Part shown: in pieces, positions 25,480 through 37,700 of the stretch
How the letters are laid out: each line of letters starts with the position of its first letter
Position numbering within the stretch: the first letter of the stretch is position 1
NCBI RefSeq assembly: GCF_031769215.1
Contig: NW_026782025.1
Location: 1-64,000, forward strand
DNA: 64,000 bases
Origin: Ylistrum balloti
Taxonomy: Eukaryota
Direction of reading: 5' to 3'
The notes under the pieces: generated by a model
Told to the model about the DNA's origin: nothing
Databases searched by the model: none
What the model saw: the letters and a program-made list of their open reading frames with translations, nothing else
Translations under genes and position numbers: made by a program

Positions 25480-25585
25480 ATGAAAGAAGTTCTGAATTGA
25501 TATCTCGGTCCAACACCCACGTGGATGCTGCCTTTTCCCACGGTAACCATTTTCGTACCGAATTCGACCAGTCATCTTCCTCCAC
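25480..25585 (-). pseudogene. Possible chromodomain-like coding remnant (TE-derived?)
   Basis: KWLPWEKAASTWVLDRDINSELL has the KW-xx-W-xxxx-STW-xxxxx-I-xxx-L spacing of chromodomains. There is no recognisable flanking coding context. Confidence 0.3.
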
Positions 25586-25723
25586 AGACTGTTACGCCCA
25601 AAGTTGAAACACGTTAATTCAATATTTTCGTTTAGCAAATTGCCTTAATAGTAAGAAACCTATGGACACGTGTTTGTATCTGAGTATCTGTATCGCTAAA
25701 GCTTCTCATGTTATGTACAGTAC

Positions 25724-25820
25724 AAGGTAAAACCACTACGGAATTGTTTTTGGCTTTACTGTGTCTAATCTCCGAAAAAGTTGATATTCACTTGTGTGTC
25801 TTTTGTACGTTCTTGAAGAT
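25724..25820 (+). mobile_element. Decayed copy of hammerhead-bearing family
   Basis: AAGGTAAAACC...AATTGTTTTTGGCTTTACTGTGTC...GATATTCACTTGTGTGTCTTTTGTACGTTCTTGAAGAT matches the family body. Confidence 0.6.
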
Positions 25821-26226
25821 CCAACAGAGAATTAAAATTTTGATACTCTCCTGGCGATATTGTATTTGAAGAAGTCGATGTTGAACTCACCCACTTGATG
25901 TGATTGAATCGAACTCGTTCTTTGTTCACATGCTAATAAACTGTATGAAGTATCAGTCCCGTATTACACAAGTCTTAGACAGATTTAGAATTTCCTTTGC
26001 ATATTTCTACGGTAATAGTATTACTGTTAGCGTTTGTATTATCACGGACATCTTGTTCTCACCTCAGTTACCGATCAGCGCTTTAGCCCTAGCACTACAC
26101 AGCACTATAACTCTTATAAAATTAAATTAGAGCTTCAACGGCTTTTGTATGTACTTCCTTTACGTCCTTTTCTACCTGTATAGTCTTGTTTTATAACTTA
26201 AATCGTGCCCAGCATAATCCAACATA

Positions 26227-26408
26227 NNNNNNNNNNNNNNNNNNNNNNNNNNNNNNNNNNNNNNNNNNNNNNNNNNNNNNNNNNNNNNNNNNNNNNNNNN
26301 NNNNNNNNNNNNNNNNNNNNNNNNNNNNNNNNNNNNNNNNNNNNNNNNNNNNNNNNNNNNNNNNNNNNNNNNNNNNNNNNNNNNNNNNNNNNNNNNNNNN
26401 NNNNNNNN
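26227..26408. other. Assembly gap (182 N)
   Basis: A run of N; the true size is unknown. Confidence 1.
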
Positions 26409-27430
26409 TATTCATATAATAATCCAATTTTAATGTTAAGCACCTCGTGGCTAAATAAGAAGATCTGACCACGTTGTAAAAGTTTTGCCGAAATATACGC
26501 TGTTCAACTTCGATCCACATCGTCTGGACGAAGAATGTCAGCCATATTTCCGAGGTAGCATTGGAAAAGCTTCTAAAATTTCACTATTGCAACTAAAGAA
26601 AATTATCGTCTACTTTTTCTTGAAGTAGTTAGCTACACACCGGATTCATTTAAGCTTAGATGTTTAACATTGTTGAGAAAACAGTCGATAGATTCACGGT
26701 GCCATAACTGTATAAAATTACGCAATGAACCATGGTTCCTTGCTTGAAAACACCTTGAACCTATCAGCTACCTTTTCCTTGCGTAACAATATACAAGAAT
26801 ATTTATAGATTAATTACTTATGTCCTCTGGAGCAAGCAGTCGATAAAATAATAATACTGTATCGTTTTAGTTTTAAAGAAGGAACCGTGGGACGGCACTC
26901 GATCAGTATCCTTCACAATCTATATCATTGGGTGTCCCGGCTAGCAGTTTTAATCAAACGCAGATTCAATGCATTATATATCAAATACATCAATATGTAA
27001 TGTAAATAGTAATTACCGGTTAGCTTGTAATGATAATAATCTAATGATATTACCTTTCAACAAATGTACGGCATGTTGCTCGCTTATATATAAAGAAACA
27101 ATTTTATTGTATTTGTGTAAACTATAACATATGACTCTATTAACGTTAGTGTCGAGCTTATTGCTATTTTTACAACTTGTAATTCATCTCCATATTTATT
27201 TCCCTCAGATTGCATTAAAGAAAAAACATGATGGTAAAGCTCATAAACGATTCAGAAAGGATTTTTTTTATTTGTTTAGTCTCCTATTCATTTTTATGCC
27301 AAATGCATTTGCTGAATGCGAATACCATTTTATGTCACGTATTGATTGATAACTGGATAATGATGAACGTTGGTAGCCCAAGCATATGACATATAAAATG
27401 GCGAAAGTGAAATCGAACATAAAAGTTATC

Positions 27431-27577
27431 GGTAACTATAGTAACTATGGTACATATAACTACAGTAACTAAGTTATTTAGGGTAACAACGGTAGCTACG
27501 GTAACTGCGGTAAGTATGGCAGCAATGGTTAATATGGTGACTACGGTAACTACGGTAGCCATGGCAACTATCAGTAA
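27431..27577. repeat. Degenerate 9 bp tandem repeat (GGTAACTAY)
   Basis: GGTAACTAT/GGTAACTAC/GGTAGCTAC variants recur with a 9 bp period. The ORFs at 27335-27562 and 27447-27698 are by-products. Confidence 0.85.
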
Positions 27578-29432
27578 ACGATTTGCTCACATGTCCTTAT
27601 CAAAACGCCCAGGCAAAATTTCGATTTCACAACACTTACACAACAATAGACTAGTCCGGTCATTATTTCCTATGAAACCGAAACAAACAACTTTTTAAGA
27701 AACATCAACTAAGCGTTGCCTGTCAAATATCTTATGGGCATGTTTTATCATGATCATGAAATCGTGGCATTCGTAGTAGGTTGCTTATTGAATAATTAGG
27801 GAAATTCTGAAACTACTGTAAAGGTAAACTGGGATACATGGTTCATGATTACAAAATGCCGAACGGTCGACCTTTCCGTGGAGTAAAAAAGATGTTCATT
27901 TTGACATCTGGATATAACTTCCTGAAAACTGCAATAGCTGAAAACTTGTGTCAATATAAAATATTTACGAAATATGTATGCTATTGAATTTATGACTTAT
28001 AAATAAAACTTAATAAAATCCTTTAATCAATAATTACCACATTACAATAAAAATTAGGAAATTTATGGAATGGGGTGGGGGGTTGTTACGTTTCAACAAT
28101 CCACAACCGGAGCGCATCACTGGCGAGTCTTTGAAGCAGCTGAATGTTTGTTCTATTGTATTGTTTCTAATTTTGAAATCGATTGAAAATTGCCATTAAC
28201 TTACATGTTTTTTTTGTACAGTTCTTGAGACAAGAGCATTATGCCTCGCAGAAAGACGGAATTTCCTTTCCGTCTAACGCCAACAACAACAATGGCGACG
28301 GGGAAACCGGATGAAAGGCATATAATTAATTTTCAAAATGGTGATTAAACTTGCTGAACTTTGATAAAGGATGCACGTATTGTCTGCGTTGTAGGATACT
28401 CAAACATGAATGGCTTTATAGAACACAAAACAAGTAACTAAACAATTCCAATACTTTTGTTTTTCTCTGTTTTCAGTCGCATAGCTTGCGAAACTATTTA
28501 TTGACGAACTTGAAATATATTGCACGGACTTTGATTCCTTGTAGAGTGCACAAGTCCTGGTGGTGAAGGATAATTTATGGGAAATGAAAGTTCCAAACCG
28601 GTCTTGTACAATGGACAAAATTGTCAGCAGTCGTTTGTAATCACATTGGCTAAATTAGGATTGCAGTATTTTAAATGTCGGCATCATACATTTATTCCAA
28701 ATCCCATGATGCACCAGAACCTTCACAAGAGTCTATTCCTATCATGTTATCACATTTTACACGACAAAAGTGCACGTAAGTACACCCGGGAACTCATAAT
28801 GATGAGAAATCTTCGAAGGCATCATTTGCGACATAGCGCAAACAACGCCAGACACATCTCCACATCAAACAGCTAATTATCAGCAGCTTGAATTGATAGA
28901 TTCCTTTGGAAGAATATAGATATTCGGAAAATTCATTGCTATGATCTTGGCTCTAAATACATACAGGGAAATATGAAAACGTCATGTTGAAAGAGAAACA
29001 ATATCAGTGGTAATTGTAAAGTACTGATAATATTTGTCAAATGTGTTCTTTCCTATGAATCTGATCTGAACATAACGCAAAAAGTGTAGTCTGATGTTTT
29101 AATGAGTAAATTGCAGACTAAGATATAAACGAAATACATAACTCTCAAATTTGATAGTTTCAGTGCTGAAAACTCAGGATATTTGCACGACCTGTATTTA
29201 GATTTATTTATGAAACATTTTATAGATGTTATTTGTTATATATTCTATACATAAGAAACGATATAAAATACGACATGTATAAGCAATGGTAGATTTCGAA
29301 TGAATTGTTATAAAAGTTAGTAAGAAACCAAAGACATGTCAACATAATTTTAATTAGGACTCATATGCTATGAAACTTGGGCAAATTGGGAACAAAAGAA
29401 AAGAAAAGAAAGTATTAGATGAAAACTCATGA

Positions 29433-29760
29433 AAAAGGAGGATAAAACCAGGTGTTCCGGAGGATTAAGCGTCTTCTGCTTCATTGACAATACCCCCGTG
29501 TAAATCTTGGTAAGTCCAAGTAATTAATGTCGCATTTCTAAATGAGAACAATATACACAACGACGGAACTACCAAACTCACATCAAACAGCTATTCTCGA
29601 TAAAGTAAGAGGATCGCACAAAAGTTTGAGCCGTGCATATTACCATATCAGCTTGTTATAACAACTGTAAATACTCTTCATCAACCTACATCCCTCGTCT
29701 TAAAACCGTGTGTTGTGAGGTTTCCAACATCTTGAACGTAAAACGTGATATTGAAAACGA
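29433..29760 (-). mobile_element. 3' fragment of Naiad-type Penelope-like element (motif copy 3)
   Basis: The minus strand reads GGGGGTATTGTCAATGAAGCAGAAGACGCTTAATCCTCCGGAACACCTGGTTTT (29444-29500). The adjacent ~60 bp match copies 1 and 2. Weak remnants of the ORF C-terminus lie further upstream; the upstream boundary is uncertain. Confidence 0.65.
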
Positions 29761-32700
29761 TTAATCATAAATGGTACTCTATTGAAATGATGAATATTAT
29801 TATAGTGCACATATTCGTTAGCTTACATTAAGTTGTTAGATAATAATAATTTGAAGACGTAGAAAAAGAAGAAGAAAAAGAAAAGAAAAATCTTATTTTG
29901 TTTAGAACTAATTCCTTTTTTTAAAGATATGAATATTTGTAAAAATAAAGTTTTTTCCCAAAAATAGTCAGACAAACTGTAAAGCTGCAGAAAGTGTTGA
30001 AACCTCTAGACACATAAAACATGATGAAAAAGGTTTACCGTTGCTTGGCAATGTTGGCAATTACCATTGTTTGTTGTTTTCGAACATCTGATGCCTTCAA
30101 AGTAGAAGCCGTTTTTAAATGAACATAACTTTTGACATGGCGTGTGACATTCATAAAACCAAACCATTCTTGGTAGAATTTGGGAAAACACCCGTATAAG
30201 TACACACGCCTTCAATTTTCACATTTTTAATGCGACCACAACCTATTATTATATTGCCAAGCCTGCTAAATTAGAAGTTGGCTTGGTTAGATAGCGAAAC
30301 TTCCAACAACCTAAGTATGATGTAGAAAGTAAGTGTATTTTTGTCCTGGTTAAAATGATTGATGATAAATGTCGACAATAATATTTACCTTAGTTTAGTA
30401 AAACCGTTTTTTTAAAAGGTCGTATATGATGTGATATAACTGTATACCAAGTGTAAAGATATCAAAATTATACTTCCATAAATCGTAAATACGTCAGTGC
30501 TATATATAAATAGATTGTATTACCTGATAAAACATTACAGAGACCGCCTTCTACGTCCGACCGCTTTATTAAGCTTATTATTGAACGATTATTACTTACA
30601 AATTGAAACAAATAGTATCTCCTCAAGCATCTTTCTGGGACAAGTATGATGGGCTCAAGGCACGTACAACGCAATACATTATGGATAATGATATATTGAT
30701 CGGTATGGCTTGATGAAATCGTACGGTTGACGACACCCATCTGGCAGGTATAATTAGTTTCATACCACTATACAGAAATTTGGTTTGTTTATGTACACGT
30801 AGCTATAAACAGTCAGTAACCGCTAACGTTATTTCATTCCTACTTTATTTTGATACCGGTTTCATACATCAAACAATCTGTTTCCTATATAGATATCAAA
30901 GTTGGTGAATACTTATCGCCCCTTTTAACATTACCCTGCTATGCTAGACGATATAGCCTGGATCTGGCTTTTCTCAGACTATAGACAGACTAGAGTTCCG
31001 GGAGAATGTTAAATGAGACTATCTGTGAGAGCATTTAAAAAAAAAATTGTCTCGCTGCTGATCATGTTAAATTTCATGATATCTGCTTGTCTATGTATAT
31101 TTTGTATATTGCATTGTATATCTAATATGATTTTTTTCATTCTGGACGCGATCTGCTAATATTTCAATCAATGTTACACTTGAATCGAACGATAATGACG
31201 GGATTGCATTGGTATATATTGATATTCATTGGAAAACATGTAGTGTACTCTGGGGGTCTAGTAATACTGTTTTACATTTCTAAACAACGCCCACATTAAT
31301 TTACTTAACGCTTTTTGATCAATGCAATTTAGAATATCGATCATTAATAAACAAGGATAGATGCATATCAGTACTGCGATAAACTTCATTTGGAGAATGT
31401 TTTAGCACACCTCAGTGAAAACCTGTTCCGGAAAACATGTATATGTAACGATGTGCTGCACTTTACGCGTGCATCTTGCTAAAAACGACTGAAATGTATT
31501 TTAAATTGCATTCTAGTTACGTCCTAGGAATCTAAATAAGAATTTGAACAAAACAGTTGCCAATTCGTCACTTTCCTTAAATATCGATTGGGTTAATCAA
31601 TATACGGGAGCTGTATGTTCGTTTTCGCGACACTTATGATAATTAACTTATGCTTGGGCGTTCTGGTACATGATGTTTAATTCAACAAGAATGAACAGAT
31701 GGGATATTTGTGACAATAAAGTCTTCACACAATTCTAATTATTAATTTTGTTATCCATCTCCCCCTACCCCACCAGGAAAGTTTTCTTAATTCCATGTAA
31801 AGAACAACGGTACTATAACGTTGGAGTTAGGAAAGGAATAATCCTAGTATAGAAAGCATATGCCACGCAGACAGGTTACCTAGAACAATGGAGATTCATT
31901 GAACTATCAAAAGTGTAGCGGGGGACAAATCATATGGACCAAATGTATATCAGTTCATATGTCAAAGTATCGGTACCAGAATGTAATTCTATAAAATAGA
32001 CCATAAAATAGCATAAATGGTAGTACTCTTTATTATCATTATCTTACACAAGCACGTTTTATTACTATATAAAACTGAAGATTATGATAACATACGTGAT
32101 TCATGCTGAGTATCGGACTGTTTTAACATTAAATATCTGTTGGTAATAGCAATATATGCCAATTCTTTGAAAGATGGTATTTTTCGTCTTAGATTTATTT
32201 GAGATTGAATTCATACAAAAAAGCAAAAAGTGTCTCTGTTTAAAGTCCAATATAGGTAATTTCAAATCTGCATGATGTTTAATCCTGAAAACTCGAATGT
32301 TGAACATAGCAGATGTCAGGACCGGCACTGAATCAATATGTTAATCAAATAATATGGTGTCGAGGTGAACAGACATCTCAACACCAAAGGCCAATATCTG
32401 AAACCAATAACCTCTGTCCCTAGCCAATCAAAGATGACCTTCACTCTCAATACACTCCTGGCAAGGTCAAAACAGTTCACACTCATATTTATACTACAGA
32501 AACAAAATGAAAAGATGGCTCGGATTCGGAAATATGTAGCCGTTAACTCCAATATACAGTGATGTTTCTTCATGCATAAATACTTTCATGTAGAAACATT
32601 CATAATCACGCTCATAAGAAGAAGAAATGATCTGTTAAAATGTCATCATCATTTCGAAGGAATAGTTTATTCGTATACACCCTTTCCAATTTCCTTTTGT

Positions 32701-33419
32701 CTGTGGGTCTTATTAAACTACAATGGAATGACCACTGTGAGGTTTGAATGTAAACCTTTCTATCATAGTAGAGTCCTGTTGGTCGAAACTTTAGTGTCTG
32801 CCGCTAATAAATTTCAGTCAAAATAACCCCCTTACGTCGCCTGCAGATCTATATCCGCGTTCCCTAGAGCAGGGTTAATTCTAAATAAACGATACACCTC
32901 TGAACATTGTTCGACAGTGTAGCATATTGACCAAATGTATAACCCCAGTCTTCCAAAACGTCTTAATATCTGCATTTGTTTCCTGTTGTAACAAAACGCT
33001 ACACTTTTACCATTAACAAAACATTTAAATGAAACTACTAACCTTAGTTTGATGATAACTCACTTAAAATATCATGTCCTCATGAAAATGTCTGGTTGTT
33101 TATCCATTAGGTTGCTACATCTCGAAGTGATGAGATTCTGTACTTACTGTGGTAAGATGTACCAATATTACAACTTAGCATTATTGTTTTCGCAATACTG
33201 AATTTCTTTCATACATACTTGCAATAAAACCATTGTTATTTTTTGTTTTTCGTAGTTAGTTTCTTTACAGCCTTGTCAGTTCATTGTATCGTCTAGACAC
33301 TGTAACAATATCCCACTGTGTTATATTTGATATAACGGCAGTGATACTTAATTGTATCGTTCATTTTTTGATGATATTTATATAGCATTTCTTCGTAATA
33401 TGACGTATGGGGAGTGTTA

Positions 33420-33425
33420 ACTTAC
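33420..33425 (-). other. 5' splice donor (phase 0) ending GPCR coding exon 1
   Basis: The minus strand reads CAG ACG|GTAAGT, a perfect consensus. An in-frame TAA two codons into the intron shows the frame must be spliced here. Confidence 0.85.
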
Positions 33426-33662
33426 CGTCTGGAGTCGACGCTCGGTCCTTACGGCATGCAACACCATAGTATTCCCCACCACTGTGAGGAGACACAGAAT
33501 TAACAACAGCACCCCCAGGGGAATCTTCCGCCATAATTTGTCTTCCAAAATGTTTTTACTTAATGATGTTGAATTAGAATTATTATACACAAAAGTATCC
33601 CATGGAAAAAGAAAATAGTCCGGAGTTGTTCCGTTAAATTCCAAATAGTAATCATTTGACAT
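33426..33662 (-). CDS. First coding exon (79 aa) of a class A biogenic-amine GPCR, histamine H1 receptor-like
   Basis: It encodes MSNDYYLEFNGTTPDYFLFPWDTFVYNNSNSTSLSKNILEDKLWRKIPLGVLLLILCLLTVVGNTMVLHAVRTERRLQT. There are three N-glycosylation sequons (NGT, NNS, NST) and a hydrophobic TM1 with the conserved GN. ICL1 VLHAVRTERRLQT closely resembles H1 VLYAVRSERKLHT. The ATG is at 33662 with an in-frame TGA upstream (33705-33707); the ORF track's GTG start is not needed. Confidence 0.88.
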
Positions 33663-35934
33663 TTCTGGTAATGGTGACACAACTAATTCTCCAGCACACC
33701 TCCTTCAGAGCGAAACACATTCAAAGTGACACAGGCCTGCCTTTTCTACTACGATAGCTGTAAGGAGTAGTCACACATGGCCTTGGACACCTTTTCATCT
33801 TTGTCATTCCCTCCGCAACGTCAGTTTTTCAATGAAAAACTTTTCTTAGAAGAGTTTACTTAATGCAGGTAAACTTCGATATAGTGGCGTAATCGTTAAG
33901 AATCTCTCGCTACCAGCATCCTCTTATTCCAACCATTTCATTTACAAATATCACTTTTTTGAAGGTTATTACTCGGTAAAAGATCCTGTATTGATTCTTA
34001 TCGAGCAAACGCTTGGCCTGAGTCTATCTGAAAACGAACACCTATTCTCACTGCGCGTGCAGTAGCTCTATCAATATCTGACAGTATGTTCTACTTCTAC
34101 TGCACATACTTTCTGTCAGAAACATTTAGTATTTAATGATGAGTAATTATCGAGAAATGTTCGACCAACTGCTTCAGTTGTTATATGCGATTCAAAACTG
34201 TTCTTTTCTTTGAATAAGGCACTACTTGAAAATTAATACTTATCGCTGACATTTACAACAGTAAAAACATATCTTTCAATTTAAAAACATGTTTTTTCGT
34301 TTTCAAATACCAAAGAAAATATTATATAGACTGCCACTGATGTCTGATTCTGTCAGCGTATTCTTTTAAATCGACATTAGTCTCACAAGGTATGAATACT
34401 TTCGAGTCCGTCGATATGCTAGTTTTGTTTTAGTAATTTTTTCTTATACCGCGGTCGTTAATAAACAAATTTATGAAGTCTAAAAAAGTCTTTTCCACTT
34501 CACTTACAGAAATGTTTTTATAACATTATAAATATTTGTATTTAGGTTGTGTGTTCCCTAGCCAGTCAAGCTATCAACTGTCAATAAAGCAGGTACTGTT
34601 CACGACCTTTAAGCATTCCTAAGACATTTCTTACATTCCAGCAATATATCCGATCACTCTTCCGGTACTTCTTTATATCTTGTCCATAATTATGTCTACA
34701 TTTGTTTCTGAGCGTGTTTAATGTGTTATTACAAGATGTTGTTAACATTTCCACCCAATAGATGTACTAAATGTCAGGCATGTCTTTCATTTTGATATTT
34801 ACAAAACGTTTAGCAGTATTGCCATAACAACGTACTTATCTTAAGAAGACATTTTAGTAAAATAAGTTCAACTTCCTTTCAGAACACTTTAATAGCACAG
34901 CCAAACAATTCTACCAATCTCCGAAAAATTAGCTCCGTATGTAATTCCCAGCGTCACATCGCACAGGTACGGTTCACATACTTCCTTGATATCAAAGAGT
35001 TCAAATCGCGTGTAACGTCTGTCGCCGATCGATGTTTCGCTCTTCAGTGGATCCTGATAGCTGAGCTCCCAAACATATCTAGGGTTTACGAGACGCGAGG
35101 AACACGCGGCCGTTCACCATCAACACTTACTTCAAGTATGGGGAATACCAAAGGAAACGCTGAACACGACCATGTATTAGCAAAGGCGTCTCCATATTAC
35201 TTTTATTACTCTTCGGCAACGGAGCAGCCTACACGTAGATCTGTAAAGGTTATTATCAGGAATACACTAACCCTTGATTATACTGAGGTTAAATAGTTAC
35301 AATACCAACTATCAAGATTAATAATGCGTTAAGTAGGAGATTACGTGCTCCTTTTCTATTTTAATAGATTTTATCAGAAGGTATATTCGGTTTAATACCT
35401 TGGATTAATAAAGAACTTGTTTTATTACAAAACGTGTTCCTGGGACCCGGAAACATAATTGAGCTCGACTGTTGGGGCGACATGAAATTATCTCTGTCAT
35501 AAATCAAACGATTACACATGGTAATATTAACATCAAAATAGTTTCCCCCTGTCGACGGGTTGAGGAGAAGATTTCAGAGTGATTAAAAGTGTACCTTGTG
35601 TCTTTCATTTCAGTTTCCAGACATTAAAATATATACCATATACGTTTTAGATCTCCACTTCAAAAATATCCCGACTACTGCACTACTTTCACCTACTCTA
35701 GCAAGTGCAACATTCAGTGATAAAGATATTTCCTCAAGGGCTTCATGGCTCATAGATTCCCAATATTAAACTGTATATATATATATATACAGTTTGATGA
35801 TACGTTCTACAAAGAAATAAAGGTGGATAGTTTATGCACCTTGATTTACTTTTACAGCTCTTGATTGAATGGTTCTCGCATTTAAAGACAATATGGAAGA
35901 CATACAAGAAAAGAATGCCGTTGTTTTTGGTAGT

Positions 35935-35965
35935 TTATTTGTGTGTCTTTTGTACAATCTTCGAA
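35935..35965 (+). mobile_element. Short fragment of hammerhead-bearing family body
   Basis: TTTGTGTGTCTTTTGTACAATCTTCGAAAAT matches the most conserved block of the family. Confidence 0.45.
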
Positions 35966-36209
35966 AATGAAGTTGGTAGACACCGCTGTTGGACTTTTAC
36001 TCCCCAACGGTTGACGTAACCTGTAAGTCATGTACATTTTTCCAATAGTGGCATAATTCAACATGTACGCGTACCCTTGACGCTCTGCTTAAATCTTCAG
36101 ATATATGAAGTTTACGAAATAAACTTAATTAAGGGGCTAGGGCACAATCCCATCGAGAGTTTGGAATTTAATTCGATACATATGAATTTTTTTCAGTCAT
36201 CTCCCAAAC

Positions 36210-36360
36210 TTTAGGCCCTTGGTATCACGGACGAGGCCTTGATGACGGAACAGCTCTCTATGATGCATTTTAAATATTGATTGGCTCTACCGTGTCTTAC
36301 TTAAATCTGTATTAAGAGGTGCTATTCACTTGTGTGCTTTTGTACGATATTTAAGTATAC
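36210..36360 (+). mobile_element. Copy of hammerhead-bearing family (core mutated)
   Basis: The sequence is TTTAGGCCCTTGGTATCACGGACGAGGCCTTGATGACGGAACAGCT...TGATGC...TATTGATTGGCTCTACCGTGTC...GGTGCTATTCACTTGTGTGCTTTTGTACGAT. Stem I (GTATCA/TGATGC) can still pair. Confidence 0.7.
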
Positions 36361-37627
36361 TTTGACTCAGATCGAGATTTGTTTCCATTTAGTTCTTACT
36401 TATATCAAAAGAAAAAAATATTAGTTTCAGCTATTGCCAAGTGGGAAAATCTTCGTTTTTTGTGTTAGTTCACCTTTCCAACAACTTATATATCACTGTA
36501 CGTTTTCAAATTGTAGTGATTTGGAAAGTATCCAAAGCAGGTACTAATATCAAAACAATGTTGCTGTAGATATATTTATTCTCTTATATGATCAACGGAT
36601 TCCTTCCAAAATGACTGTCCTTTAACAGCTGTCGACAAACGGCCGTCATATTGATGTTTATCGTTTACATTACAGCACCTTCTGTCCCTTTCTCTTCTGC
36701 AACGTATTGGTCCTTTTCGATGGTGGCACCAAACCATCATGCTGTCCCGTCAACATGCCGTTATATTTATACTTTGTCAATTCACTTGGGCAGCCATCTG
36801 ATATTACACTCATTGCACATCGTTAGCATACTTAATATACTGTTGATTTCAAAAACAAATTATTAAGCATTATTGAATCAGTTGTCTGATAAACATCTAC
36901 CTGATTGCGTTTGTGCAATGCATTGGAGATTGCAAGGTCCTACAGCTAGCGTGCGTGTTTTTATTATCGTCGTCCTTTCGAAAGAGCTAGATAAGTACTG
37001 TCTATACAAGTAAAACAATGTTTGGTAGATAGAAAATTGGTTGAAATTGTTTTTTGTTTTTGTTTTTTCTAAATCCTCATTTCATTGCATACAAAACCCG
37101 CCAGACAGCTCTGTTCAATAACAGTGTTGTACATAATTAAAGCGGAACTATTGATTGGTTCAATACCAGGATTCTAAAGATCTACCAAGGTCCTTCATCT
37201 CGGTGCTTTTATATGTCAAGGTAATCATGGTAGTGTTCTATTTACCTTCAAAGCATGGATGATATTGACAAAACGATAGAATATCTAATTTCTTTCAGTT
37301 ATAGCTAAGTTGATGACGAAGAATATTTAGTTGCTAGTTTATGGTAAGTCAAACGGCAAAACAAATCTAGTATGGAAGATCATTGCAAATTCCCAATGAT
37401 GGTATTCTCTGAGTTCCAAACACCGTGAAATTACCATTTGAAATTGTTATTTGGCTCGATACATAGACAGACATATAAGATTTTATCATATAATTGCCTT
37501 CTTATTAAGTGAATATACCCAAGTGAAATGTCTTGTGTATTATGTATTCGTAATAAAAGCCATTGTGACACAAGGTTAAAATAATAAAATTATATCACTA
37601 GCTTACAAATTGCATTGTGACGTAACA

Positions 37628-37630
37628 AGA

Positions 37631-37697
<67 letters not shown>
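37628..37697. repeat. (GA)n microsatellite
   Basis: About 35 GA units with one interruption. Confidence 0.99.

Positions 37698-37700
<3 letters not shown>

Noticed and set aside
26186-26520. ORFs spanning the N run
   Set aside because: They are artefacts of translating the assembly gap.
32316-32573. Minus-strand ORF with YWPL..RC, a possible GPCR exon 2
   Set aside because: The motif order is wrong, there is no TM2 SLxxAD or DRY, and no phase-0 acceptor fits.
35025-35055. CTGAAGAG-C-GAAAC on the minus strand (hammerhead-like core)
   Set aside because: There is no room for stem II, and stems I and III do not pair.
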